DNA from: Chlorokybus atmophyticus
Lineage: Eukaryota; Plantae; Mesostigma and Chlorokybus algae
Direction: 5' to 3'
NCBI GenBank assembly: GCA_009103225.1
Contig: RHPI01002823.1
Location: 505,104 to 569,103, forward strand
DNA: 64,000 nucleotides
Part shown: piece after piece, positions 35,601 to 48,749 of the stretch
Layout of the letters: each line of letters opens with the position of its first letter
How positions within the stretch are numbered: the stretch's first letter is position 1
Position numbers and translations under genes: made by a program
Notes under the pieces: generated by a model
Databases searched by the model: none
What the model saw: only the letters and a program-made list of their open reading frames with translations
What the model was told of the DNA's origin: nothing

Positions 35601-36131
35601 AAAACCATGTGATGAGTCTCAACTCACGTTTGTGAGGAAGAGGGCTTGATTGGGTGATGGCTGCAGGCCGGACGGCACGGAGTTGCCCACCTGTGTCAGC
35701 ACTGCGACAGATACACAACAAGACGCAGAATATTCAACTCAGTGTGTTGATCAGGGGGGTTATCCTGTGTTGTTCTCTACAGGCCTATTGGACACATAAC
35801 ACGCTCGGTCCCCAATCAGAGAGCTAAAGCTGGTCGCTTGCAAGCAAGAGCTCATTGTCTGAATGTGTGAAACAAAGAGTGACTAGCGAAACCTATAATT
35901 ATTATTTTCGCGTAGGTAGTCAACTGCGCTTCATACGACTAAGCCCTGCCATGCTATGTTGTGGCTATTGGTTTTCTATTATCAGACTCCCCATTCAGCT
36001 GAACAATCATGTGGCAAACACTTCAGACCAGGGACAGCGGCGGCGCCTGGGAGCAGGACGAGAACGAGAGCGACGGCGACAAGACAGATTGCGCGTCCAG
36101 CTCTCCACACCCTTCCCATGCCGCCGCCCAT
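32650..36131 (-). CDS. Secreted multi-exon protein with bacterial-style Ig-like repeats (3' end possibly truncated)
   Basis: Signal peptide MGGGMGRVWRAGRAICLVAVALVLVLLPGAAAVP. GT-AG exons read LEDGEYAVEFTSYDAGDAVLNTLAYSFKVDTRP; TFMCWANITDIWGPC; GALPEGWVEFKMRA; DVTAPVINVDSQPAARSATTK|ATFEWECADANGCSTKCKLDG; WTTCKSP...HVFE|IKATDRAGQSTTEMITFYVDQQGP. The frame ends at TGA 32650-32652. Confidence 0.75.
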
Positions 36132-37208
36132 GTCGCCGCCTCCGCCACGTGGCGGGCTCTCGCCTTTTCGCCCCCAAACCGTTGCCGTTGGGAGGCAGAG
36201 ATATCGAGGTGGGTTCGGTGCTCCGGCGGTTTGGTGAGTGTGATGTCGGGTCGGATGCACGTGACTGCTGACGACGGACAGCCAGGACTATATGATATAT
36301 GATAGGCCTCACTATAAGCGTAGCGGTGCGACTTTCCTTAAGAACCATTTCGTGTTTTGCAATTGAATTCATGTTTCGTTCACTGAAGAGCGGTGGATGT
36401 CCTGTCTCGCAATACAAATACGACAGATGATTAAGATTAACAGAATATCAAAAGATTGCAACAACATTGCACTGAAGAACTGTGTACAAACATTCGGAGT
36501 ACACTTAATGTAATGTTTCTATAAGAATAAGAATAGACTTAATAACACGGATTGATTACGAGCTAACGGTTCAATGAAAAATTGCAAAGTTAGGCCACGC
36601 AAGTTATGTTTATTTTTGCCATGTAACATTTGTTACAGTCTACACGGCATTCAAGCAAAGACAATGAATACAACTTGCAAGGGTGTATATCACATGTGTA
36701 CAGCATTGTATTTGTTGAAATGGAATATTATTGTCGTTTTGCAAGCATGTATCATACAATGATGGTTGAACTTAACGCAAAACTTTGTCTAGACATGCAG
36801 CGTTTGCTTTAATAATTAGGAAGATTTATATTGCATAGGCAAAGGCAGTTTAAAGACACGCTAACACTGGCACAGCAGCATGCAAGTACAAACCACAGGA
36901 ATTGATGCAATGTCAACACAGCGCTAGTTAGTGTTAATGCACTAGTTGCAAGCAGCAGCGGCGGCAAGACGCATAGTGGCAAGTTAGCGTTAGTAAACAT
37001 GCAGTTGTGCACAGCAGCATCGGCCAACAATGCAACGGCAGCAAGCATCAAGTAACTCAACAGTGATGCGCTTGGCCACGCAGCACCTCGTGATAGCAAA
37101 CATCAGTTGAGAAAGATCAGGAGCTCACCTACACGCAACAGCGCTAGAGTGAGACAATGCCAGTGGGGCAATGCTCACTGCAACCGTTCTAGATTCTGTA
37201 GTCCGGAG

Positions 37209-37227
37209 TTTAGGGTAGGGTTTAGGG
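37209..37227 (+). repeat. Interstitial plant-type telomere motif (TTTAGGG-TAGGG-TTTAGGG), telo-box-like
   Basis: Read directly from the sequence; followed by GGGCCC. Confidence 0.5.
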
Positions 37228-37830
37228 CCCGCCACTACTAACTTGCATGTTTACAGAATAGTCAACATTGAGTAATTTTGTCCGTATACACATACAACAT
37301 CACTGTCGACTATTTTCACAGCACAGCACAGCAAGCATCCCCGCCTCCCGCCCTGCCTCCTGTATTCACACGCACGCACACATATCCACATAAAACAGTC
37401 GTGGGTTGAGTAGAGTTGAGTCTTGAGGTTGTGAGCTGCACCCCTCAGCCAAACCGGTACAAGTCTACCTGCTTGCTTAGTCTAAAAAGCTGCTTGTAAT
37501 GTTTGCTTTGCATATGACCTAGTTGACTTTGCACAGCCTTTCCCACCATAAATAACCCTCACTAGCCTTCACCCAATTGTCCGGATGATGTAGACATCAT
37601 TATGGTGTCTCATCCACTATGCAATCAAGCATAGCCACCCATAATACTTTCCCCATATAAGCTATTGCCGATTACCCATCGTGCACACGACCTCCCAAAG
37701 ACATGCAAATCTCTCCTACACCACTTCTATGCATCCACAAAACAATGTGACGTGCACAACACGCTTGCAACACTACGGCGTTTTGCTACTCGTAAAAGTA
37801 AACCCAAACTATAAGAACTAAGGCGTACAT

Positions 37831-40222
37831 CTAGAGCTTACCAAAGTCCGTTTCCTGCAGTAACCAAAACCCTGTGCAAGAGTCTGCCTCTGGGTCAGTC
37901 TGCACAGCGAGGAAGTGCAGTCCTCCCGCGTCACGCTTTGCCTGCTCCCACTGCGCCGCCACCTTGGCAAGCTTGCTATCGCCCCTGAAAGAAGCGTACC
38001 TCCACCTCTCCGACACGCCTGTCTCCAACAGTACGCACCTCCTGTCTGGGTCCGCTGTCAGGTGGGACATCTCCAGCGAATTCATCCAAGCTGTTGGATA
38101 ACAGCGCAATCAGCAGGTGTGTGATGGCAGAAGTGTGCATGCAAATATTGGTATAGCGTGCTGAGATATACTGCACCAACCTGCGAGTGGTAAAGCCCTG
38201 CGTGAGAAAACTGCGACGCCAGGAACAGCCATGTCGTCTGTCACACTCCTGCCCGCTCTGTCCAGCGGGAATACCGCGCCAAACGCATTGCCGCTGTTTA
38301 CAGCTTCAACATCGGACGCCAGCGCTGAACGAATGCAGAGTCAGACATTGTCAACTGTAACATGTGACTGAACTACAAGCGTGAAATCTGGGTGCTTGAA
38401 GAGACGTCAATGTTCGTTTACCTGACAAAGGCAGGGTGACAAACTCCCAGCCCTCTCCTTTCAAAGCGTCCGGCAAGTCTTCAGGGTCAGACGGTGTGAA
38501 CACAAGCGGCGGAGGCGTGTTGGCTTGATACCCTTCTGTGTTGGGGTAGATCACCTCGTTGCGTTCCCGCAACCAGTCTACCAGTGTCGCGCACTGCACA
38601 GGACAGCAGAGCCTCAGCTCATGGAAAGTTCTGATGTATAGCGTGGGAGCGCACGTGCTCAGCACTGCGCAAGAATGGAGAACTCAAACGATTGTATACA
38701 CTTACGCGTCTGCTAGGCACGGCTTGAATGCCCAACTCTGCCAAAGCCTTTGATATGATCGTCTGCATCTGCGAGCTGTCTCAAAAACAAATACACAGAA
38801 ACCATGTTGGTATAACAGAGCCACAGCCTTGCCAAGATCTTCAAGAAACTAACACATAGCTGCAAACTTTACGCAGGTCTACACTACTCATAACGGCATG
38901 CATGCAGTGCATCGACCATCATACCGGAAGTAGCGAATTTTTGTCGGCCGGGCAACTCCAGGCCTGTCCAACACTGCTTGCAGAGCATCACGCAGATACA
39001 CGCTGTTGATTCTGTTGTTGGGGAAGTACTCAGCATATTCGAAGCTGCGTGTCGAGTTGCAAATCAATAGCTCCCAAACCTGCCCATTGACACCTTCAGC
39101 GTACAGCAGTACGAAACCGTGTAGAACAGTCGCGTCGATAACCACAATGCACAACAACAATAACATCGAACAATATCCAGAGCACAGGCACATGACAACT
39201 GGATGCGCACAACTGCAACAACAACGTGCACAGCGAACGTGTAAATGTGAGGCTGATGATGGTAGATATAGTGAGATACAGTATGTGTGGGCACCTTTTT
39301 GCCCCTGGCGTCGAGTATGGGTCTTGAGCAGAAGTCCAGTTCCCAATCTGAAGGGCCTGCACCTTGCGCCGGAGAGCCGCTTGTCACGGCCGAGTCTTCT
39401 TGTTGCAGAGCTGCTTGTGGGAGCGGAGGAGATGGAGGTGGTGACGACACCCCCTCAGCTGCCTGCGCGCAAACTGGTGGCACCAAGAACAGTCAGCGCT
39501 GCTGGCATGTACACACTACAAGAGTTGCAATGCACCAAGCTGCTGTCAAAGTTTGCCTGCTTGGCCCAGGCACCAGACAAGTTGATACGCATGGCATACG
39601 AACTGTACCAAAACAAGTGGACATTGTGCATGTAATGTACAGACTCAAACCCCAAAGAACAAACAAGTTGATGCGTCAGATTCCTGCAGGAAATCATGTT
39701 AGGGCATGAGACGGCTCAACGAACGACTAGCAGAACACCGCAAGATATTGCGTTAACACAACAAGGCACAAGGACAGCAGGAGAATTATCAAATGAATAA
39801 CTGCGGCGAACGCTGAAAGAACAATGCGACTACTGTAGCCAGCAGCCAACAGCGCCGGGCAAGGGCATGTGCTAAGCTCAACCAAACTGTGAAAGCGCCG
39901 CAGCTGTGCGCACAGCTGCGGCACTTGCTTGACTGTTCAAGCTGCCCGGCGCAAAGCTTCCAGGGAAACTTAAACTTGGACGTCAGCGCTAACCTGCAAT
40001 TGACAGGCTGGCCCGCTTCGCAAGCTGCCCGGGCGCAGTTCTGCCCGAAAGCAGCAGCTGCGCTTCACCGCCGCCGGAGCTGCTTCTCCTCCTGGCAGCC
40101 AAGCTGCTACTGCTGCGGCAGCTGCGCCTGCTGCCCGTCTGGGCTGCTGGAAGCAGCAACTCCGCCCTCCCGACAGACAACGACACCCTCGACAAACCCA
40201 TCGCCGCCGCCGCCGCCGCCAT
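37831..40222 (-). CDS. TAB2: Tab2/ATAB2 chloroplast RNA-binding protein (DUF1092)
   Basis: Transit-peptide exon MAAAAAAMGLSRV.... Exons WELDFCSRPILDARGKK|VWELLICNSTRSFEYAEYFPNNRINS; QMQTIISKALAELGIQAVPSRR; LPDALKGEGWEFVTLP; PGVAVFSRRALPLA|AWMNSLE...GLHFLAVQTDPEADSCTGFWLL. The exon 2 acceptor is uncertain. Confidence 0.92.
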
Positions 40223-40452
40223 GCTGGAAGCTATGCGCTTATCCACAAGGCTAGGACGGTGGCTATGGGTACACAAAAGGGAAACAAATGGGTACAGCTA
40301 TGAGGAATGAGGCGACGGCGACGGCGGTGGCGGTAGGGTTGCCGTGCTCATAGCGCTGTGTGGCGTAGCAGGTTTACTGGCTAGGCAGCAGCTTACTGTG
40401 CATGCTTGCCCTCTGTGTGTGACACATACGCGCGTGCGCGGACGGCACCGTG

Positions 40453-42105
40453 ATGGCCGAAGCAGCAGGTGAGCACGGCTGTGATGAGTTGAGGCGGAGA
40501 ACGGTTTTGTCAAGCGCAATGCTGCTGAGCTTCCTGTCGTCGTTAACAGGCATGCCGGCATCTTCGTCGACGGCTGCGGGGCCCAGCCAGTATGCGACGG
40601 CGCAGCTGAGCGAGCGGATGGCCAACTTAGGCATTCAGCCGGACGCCAACTACGAGTGTGCGTCTTGCCTTCACATACACACTTGCTACGCACACACATG
40701 GCATTGTCTGCATTTGGCTCTTTTCTGGGCGCTGGCTTGCTGAGTGCGGGCCTGTGTAATGCCAAGCAGCCGTTGCATGTCCAAGTAGGAAAGCGCATGC
40801 ACACAGCATGTAGAGTTTGAAAGCGGTTGTATGCTACGCGCAGTCGTGTATTGACAGGTGTTTGCGGCTGTGTATGCAGATCTGGACCACACGGCTGACA
40901 TCCAGCTACATGCATGTAAGTCCTAAGCAAGCTGTTCAACACGTTGGGTTTACGCATGGAAGCGGTGAAATAATACACACATACAACTATTTCCCAAAGC
41001 TGACGCTTACAGCAGCATGCAGGGGGCGCTTGCGCAGAAGAAGCATTCGCTAACGCCGGCCTCGCCATGTTCAATTACATGGTGCGTGCCTTGCTTGGTG
41101 ACTTATCGTGCATCCAGTTGTGTCAACAACCAACGGTTTTCATGGAAACCGTTGGTTCTTGTGCTGACACATCTGGGTTCATGCCATCATGACACGTGTG
41201 GTCTGCAGGTTCCAATAGACGATGTCGAGGAACGCGTGAGCCAGCAGTTTGAGGCTTCAGGTGAGTGCTGCGTAACATCAAAGGCAAGGCAGCGTGTTTC
41301 CATGCAGTTTGTAGACAGTAACAACCACGGCAGTGGAACACATGCATACGGGCTGGCCCCTACTACCAACCGATGCACCACACAAGGAGAGCTGGTTGTA
41401 TGCCTTCATAGCCCACCACTGCTGCGTTACTAGTTGTTCATTCTGTCTGTTGTTTCAGTTCCTCAGCAAGTAAATCTGCGCATTCGTCGCGCAGGGCATG
41501 ACATGGAATCGTTGTTGTTTGCGTTTCTTGACGAGCTGCTGTTTATCTTCAGCACAGAGTTCTTCGTCTGCAAGTAAGTTATGGTTATGGTCGCGCGGCG
41601 TTTCGCCGCCAACACCAAGTATGCCGTCATGTCACATGATGAATCTGCTGCATCCGCAGGAGGCTTGTCCTCAATAAGCTAGACAGAGACAATTGGAGTG
41701 TGGTGGCCACAGGGTGAGTTGTGTGCTTGAGCTCAAGCTCGTGGACACATTGCTGTACAGTCACCTGACCTGCATATGCTAAATCATTTTTAGCATTATG
41801 GAAGCGCATGTAAGTGCAGTACATACAGTGCGCATGCACGAGTTGCTAAGGATAGGGTTTGACTATGCAGGCATGGGGAAAGGTTTGACAGGAAGAGGCA
41901 CCAGTCCGGCACAGAGGTAACCTCCGTACCATTGCAGACGGATGCCACAGAGACAGTAAAGTATATGTTGATGCCTGACGCGTGACGTTGTCCCTATGTC
42001 TGGCAACTGAACTATGCAATACAGGTGAAGGCCATCACGTACAGCAATTTGCAAGTACACGAGCAGGAAGGACACGCAGAAGTTTATGTCATTGTAGACA
42101 TTTAG
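40453..42105 (+). CDS. ARCH: Archease (RtcB tRNA ligase cofactor)
   Basis: Exons read YE|YLDHTADIQLH; GACAEEAFANAGLAMFNYM; GHDMESLLFAFLDELLFIFSTEFFVCK; GERFDRKRHQSGTE|VKAITYSNLQV...VYVIVDI*. Confidence 0.92.
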
Positions 42106-43135
42106 TCTATAGATCAGCCTGTAGTTTGTTGCTCCGCTCACGGGTGGGCGCTGTACATAAGATTACAAGGCAGCATGTGTTTGGCTTGTTGGCTGAAGAC
42201 TTGGTCGGCGGAGGTTTGTGCCAGTCTGTGCTAGTCATGACAGGTGCATTCTGGAAAACAACCAGCATGTGGCCATGCTGTCGTGCGAGCATGCCTGCGC
42301 ACCCAAATGTGCCTGCGTACTCGCGAGTGCCTGCGTGTGCGCGCGTTTCATTTCAACTGTTGGGTAACCATACCTCAACACCACCAACCTGAGACACTGG
42401 CTTTGTTTAACAAGTCAGGGGGGGCTTGCTTGGTGGCAGGTTGTAACTAGGTCGGTTGTAGTGTACGTGCAAACCGGACAACCGTTTTTGCCAAGGCTCC
42501 ATATTGTGTGCAGCCCATGTCACTGGGGGTTCTGCACATATTTCTAGTTTGCTGTGGTGCAATGCTGCACAGCGTAGCCTTGTGCCCCAGGTATTCGCCC
42601 CACCATACTTAAGTTCTCAACAGGCGTTACAACAATCGTCCCACACAGAGATGGGCCGCTGACCAACAGCCTGGGTGCAGGTAACAAGGGCTGCACATGC
42701 ATGCTGGCATGACTAACAGGGTGGGGTAGGAGTAGAGTGGGTAGGGTAGGTAGCCCGGTGGTCGAACATGTGTAAAGTAGGTGAGTATGTATGTTGTTGA
42801 CGTGCATTGTTGATGTGCATCATGTTCAAACATGTGTGTTGCACTATTGCATGCACGCAGTAGCGTCTACGATTTGCTGTACACACTATCACCTTTACTC
42901 ATGTAGGTACACCTACAACAACCGCCGCCAATATAGCAGCGCTGTCCTGAACCAACAGGACAACGGCAGCATAACAGTTATGTACAGTTTGCAAATCCAC
43001 ACTAACAGCGTCCAGGCGACAAGAGCTTTGCATGTGCCTGTCTGCTGGTTTGCCCTTTCTGTGTCATACAACCACCAGTTGTATCCTATATGCAAGGCTG
43101 CTACACTTGTCGACTCAATCGACTCAATCGACGCA

Positions 43136-45804
43136 CTACTCACTTGTCTTCAGCCTCTTTGTTGTTGGTGTTCCATTGCCAGCCTCACTGCCAAAATCTC
43201 CATCAGTATGCGTGCGTTTGCCAGTATCTACGCTGCTCAGCGTGCTGGCAGGCCTGCAGGGTCGCTGGCATGTGGAGAGCAATTCCAGCACGTCGCCATC
43301 TATGCCTCGGTCAGTGTTGCACGGGTCAAAGTATGATGAGTGTATGCAATACTCCTGAACACACTCTCCTGGCTTGAGCTGTTTTACACCACATGAGAAC
43401 GCGGGAGCCCTCTCTGTGCTGCTGACCTCCTCTTGACCACTTTGTTCTAGCGCGCTTGTATCATCTGTGTGCACTGTATGCTTCACAACTGCATACTTGA
43501 AGCGGAAGCAACCAGCAAGGCTCAGCGTTATGTGCACCCGGCAACTCGAGCTGGCAGCAGTCTCCCTGTGCGAAGCACAAACCGCATTCATACCAGTCAA
43601 TCACGAATGCATAAGATTTGACACACACAAAAGCGTGCACCTAACCACGCACATGGACCATTTTGTCAGCTAGTACTCAACCCAACACTTACCTTCGTAT
43701 GTGGAATGGGGCGGTTTGCAGCTCAGCGCCTGGTAAATCAGGTTGCTCCGGGAATGTGAAGCGTACACTGTTGATGAAAGGGATGCGACAGTCCCTGCCG
43801 TGCACACTTTGGACAAACAGTGTCCATTGGCATGCACCCTCCCCGTTGCGACCTGTAATTGGACCATCATCACTTCTACCAGCCATGCATCTTTGATACA
43901 CATCACGCAGAAGGTAACGGACTCACCATGTCTATGCCGACAGCGACTTCCAACAAGTATCCTGTCGGTTCGTATGTGTGGAGCAATGGGTATGTTGAGG
44001 TAACTCATCACATTGCGCATGACATCGTCCACTGGCGCACGAACAATCAAACTTGCTCTCCTATCCTTGGGTGTAGTCTGCAGGCAGATGTGTCAGGACA
44101 AACGTTTCAGTATATAACGTTTATGTTGATGGTTACCTGAAGGTTGACTATCACCACTTTGCCCTTATTCTTAAGCGTCCTGATCGGTATGTTACACGCG
44201 GGTGTGATCTGAAGGCTGGTTCCCAAACAGATCATCAGGTCCGCTTGGCTGGCATAATAATCGGCTTGAGACAGCTCTTGCTCAGGCAACTCATCCTGCA
44301 AACTTTACTGCACTGAATGCTGATGCCGCGTGCTATGCATGCGTACATGCCTGAGCAACAAGGCTGATAGCTGCACTACTTACTTCCCAGTCTAAGATGG
44401 AGTCCCGCAGTTTGCCTTGGCAACCTGGCTGCAGGCACTGGCGACCAGTGTACTTTAGCCCCACAGTTTCCAACTCAAAGTCCCTCACATACCTACAGAC
44501 ACGCACATCGTGTATTTGACATCACAGTCACACACCGGTTGATATGTGTGCATGTGCGTGCACACACGCGCCCACCCACCCACCCACATGCTTATCAAAG
44601 TATACAAACGCAAAGCTTTGGCCTGACCACCAATGCTGTCAAGCAATACGTGTAAGCTATGCAAATTGAGTGCATGCATGCATGCATGCATGCAAGCGTG
44701 CGTGTGTGTGCAGATGAGTGTGCACAAGCGAATGATCGTCATTTACGCTGAGGGAGACACACACAACATGTACTCACTCACTCTGTGCTGCACGCATCGC
44801 ACACCTCCATGAAGCAGTTGCCGTGCAGCTCCGCGAGCAGCGTGCGCGGGAGGCCCGAGCGCAGGTGCAGCCCGTCCACATTTTGACTTATTGCAAAGGT
44901 CAGCTTGCCCGCTTGTGCAAGGCTGACCACCGCCTGGTTGTGCCAACTGAGTGTGAGTGTGAGTGTGTACGGCTGATCAATACGCGTGTATAATGGCGCA
45001 TACTGTTTGAGGGCCATGCAGTGCACATTGCAGAAACAAGCAAGTTTCAGCAAAGTTGATGAGCCAGACAACACTGGCGATGCAATGGGACCATCACACA
45101 TTGTAGGCATGGCGCATGGCAACGCGCATGCGCAAAAGTTTGTTTACAGGACCTGCGCTTTAAGAGCACTGACATGCAACGGCTTTAAAGTTGATTTGTG
45201 TGTTAAAGCGCTTGAGTACGCCATGGCATGAGATAACCACTAGCAGCAATGTTTACTATATCAGGATACATCCCATCACCTGGTGTGTTAGCGACGGAGC
45301 GGCTCGCTCAAACTCAATGCCAGGAGGGAGCTCACCGCCTTTTTTCTGTTGATTAATTCTTCAGCACAACGCACAACGCACAATGCAATGCTCTTTGATA
45401 TGTTCACATTGCTGCGGCAATCGATGCATGCAACCGTGCAACTGTGTGAGTGTTAAGTTTCAAGCCTGACCTGCAGTGTCCAAACGCCCTGAGGCCCTCT
45501 GAAGTCCGGTATGCCGCAGGCCGTGGACACGCCAGCGCCTGTGAAGAACACGATCTTCTCACTAGCTTTCATCAGCTCCGCCAGCTGTTTCACCTAATGA
45601 CAAACATAGCAGCAAAAGCAATGCCACACTCTTGAGTTAAACTTTTTGGCTAGAGCTTGTGTACAAGCATGCATGCAGGTCGCTCAGCTCAATGGCAAAG
45701 CTCACCTTGCTGGCGACGACATTAGGTGCGTCTGGCCGCTCCTTCATGCCCAGCCGACCCAAATTCTTCCGCTCGCTCAACCGCCCAGCATATCCCAGCG
45801 ACAT
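43136..45804 (-). CDS. SRT1: Class IV sirtuin (SIRT6/7-like NAD-dependent deacetylase)
   Basis: [16 protein letters not shown]; [26 protein letters not shown]; [26 protein letters not shown]; [16 protein letters not shown]...VIVNLQ. Confidence 0.93.
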
Positions 45805-46187
45805 GGCTCCCCGCCGCGCATGCCACCGCCGCCAACAACGCCGACGACAAGCCCCATGTCATCCTCATTCAGTTTGTCCAATCCGGTAGCCAACGAGCCA
45901 TTTCAACCTGTGTTGTAGGATCCCGGTTCAGACTGCCTAATTCAAACCTGTTCCGTCGACCCAGTGGAGCCTTTGAAAAAATTAGGGCTTTGGTAGCAGT
46001 GTTGTCTGTTGGCCTGGGCAGTGGTGTCGGTGCGGGCGTCGGTGCGGTTGTCGGCGTGAGGAGGTGTTTTGTGCGTGTTCGTTTTTTGGTATCTGCCCCT
46101 GCGGTGCTTGCTGTCAATTGCTGCCAGCCTGCGGTGGTGAGGAAGCGGACCGTACTGCTGCATTGTTCCCAGCTCAGAAGGCAAATC

Positions 46188-47655
46188 ATGGTGCGTGGTT
46201 TGCTGGGTTGGCACACTCAGTCTTGTGTAATCTGTGTGTGTTCGTGTTGCTTGTGTCTCTGCGTGTATGCCTTCTTTTGTGTTATTGCATTGGTGTTGCA
46301 GGCATGCTGCCAAAGCTGTGCGCTCATGAGGACTCGTTTGTTTTCCTCATGCAGTTGCCGCTATCTTTGCTCAAGACCGCACAGGGCCATCCTATGGTGA
46401 GCTCCCATCTTCTTATCCCAACTCTGTCTTATCACAGCATCCTGATAGGACACAATGTGTCTTCCATTGTTTCTCTTTGCTGGTTAGCTTGCATAGTTAC
46501 AATATATGCATGCTTTCCAGCTTGTCGAGCTGAAGAATGGCGAGACGTACAACGGGCATTTGGTAAAGTGCGACACATGGATGAATATACATCTACGTGA
46601 AGTTATCTGCACATCAAAGGTACGCCAAATATATGACATGTGACATCAAGAGCATTAGCTTCGGTAATCCAAACAGTGTTTTCCTGTTTACTCAATCAAC
46701 CACCTTCTCACAGGATGGTGATAGGTTTTGGCGAATGCCCGAATGCTACATACGAGGCAACACAATCAAGTATTTGCGCGTGCCAGACGAGGCAAGTGCT
46801 TGACCAGCACATATGCAAACCTCGCAAGCTCTCCTTATGGGCACAGTTTGGCAATGGTTCTTTGTGCAGGTGATTGACAAGGTTCAAGAACAAGATTTGA
46901 AACGCTCAGGTCAGCATTGCAATGCATGAGAAGTCTTGCGCATGTATGGTCTTTACATGCAACCATTCGGTAGAAGGTGCATCTGACTGACATGCATGCT
47001 TTCCGGCAGAGAAAAGGCCAACAGTGGGGCCAGGGGGGCGCGGGCGCGGGCGTGGCCGGGGCGGAGTTGGCCGCGGGGAGTCTCAAGGTATGTGTGCGTC
47101 CTGACTGTGTCAGATATGATGAGTGCCGGCAATGCCACTTGGGTTGCATTTGTAACTGCTGCAATGGCCAGGTCAGTCACAGCATGTGCAGCCGCATTTG
47201 GCCAAACCGCAATGCATGCATGCATATAGTTGCATGATGGTTTGCGCTTGAGGGCCTTTGTGTCCAGCCCACACATGGGAGCATGGATTGAAGTAACCGT
47301 TGCCTACATAAGTGCTTGCTTATGGCTATTGTCCACGCATGCTCGCACGTGGACACAACAGACATTGGCCATCGCATGCCAATAGGCACCCAAGCAACCA
47401 TATGTACGCATATCTGCTTGTACCTTGAGGATTGTACCTATGTCCGAACGTGCATGCCTGGGCACAGGCATCCTTTTTCAAATGCTCCTGCAGAGCTTTA
47501 GTTTCGTATCTTGTGTAGGGTCTGCCAGTGCAGTCATGCAGACTGCTGAGGGTGTTTTCTGATGCATCATTGACATGTGCAAAGGCTTTGGTGGCCCTCC
47601 TGGTGGCGGGCGCGGCGGGCGTGGTGGCTCAAGAGGCGGCCGAGGCGGCCACTAG
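46188..47655 (+). CDS. LSM4: U6 snRNA-associated Sm-like protein LSm4
   Basis: ATG-only first coding exon, then [14 protein letters not shown]|[33 protein letters not shown]|[26 protein letters not shown]|VIDKVQE and an RG-rich tail ending GGH*. Confidence 0.95.
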
Positions 47656-48749
47656 CATCTTGTCAACTCTCACAGTAGACACAATGTTCAGGCAGCAATG
47701 TGTGCGCGGCTTTTGATTTACTGGGCACCCCAGGTATGATCTGCAAGTTGGCATTTGTCAAAACACCTGTTCTGTTGTTGCATGGGAACTGTGCAATCCT
47801 TGCTAGTGCTTGGCACTGTGAGGGTCGATCACAAGCTGTACAGCTGTACACAATGCTGATGCAAAGCAATTTTTGTGTAGAAAATATGCAATGCTGTGCA
47901 TGTGACTCACCATTGCACGGCCCATGCAACATACACCAGCACAGTCACAGTCCACCATGGCAGCAACTTATTTTACTACCGGGCTACCTATACAACCTAG
48001 GTAGCTAGCTTCACTATTGCCGTTACCCCGTTAGTCAACATGCACGCACCATCAACTGCGACACCGCCAGTAGTATCATGCCGCTGGCATGCGTGTGAGT
48101 ATGCTTGTGCAGTGATAGGCAGGGATGACAGTACGTAGCTTGGTGTGACGATGTTGCTGTTAGTGGAGAGAGAGAAGTAGTATCAGCCTTGCACTAACGG
48201 ATGTCAACGATCACCACGACCACCAGAACAGACTCCCCCCGCTACCGCTCTCTCACACACCGCCACCACCGCCAGTATTGCTGCTGCGGCTGCCGGCTGC
48301 ATGCTTAGGGTTTCGTCAGTCGTACCACTCACAGGCACGGTGGCATGCACGGCTCAAACTCCTTGTGTGGATGCGTTCATGTGTTTCTGACTGGTAGTGG
48401 TCATGTGCGCTCCACTCCGATGACGCGGGCACTCCTGCTCCCCATGTACATGAACTGTTGTCCGTTGTGTCCATCAGTAGTATAAGCAGTGCAATTCGGA
48501 CAGAGTCTCAAATGCAGCCCTTCGGAACTGTGCTTGATTCAGTGTTGATGTTATTTTGGTGTTTTCATTGGCAACTGGTAATGAGTAAATCTTCCGCCGT
48601 CTGGCTGCCGAAACATTTGCGAACGGCCGCTGTGCTTGTTGGATGTCTGTTGTGCTTTGCGCGTACACAACATCTCTGTGCTGGGTGTTCACTGCGTGCT
48701 GCCCAAGGTAAGAATGCGGCACAGATTGCTCACTATGTCACAGCAACAC

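Noticed and set aside
36809-37099. Hydrophobic 96-aa ORF as a membrane protein
   Set aside because: Non-ATG start, low-complexity GCA/GCT-rich sequence and no supporting exon structure.
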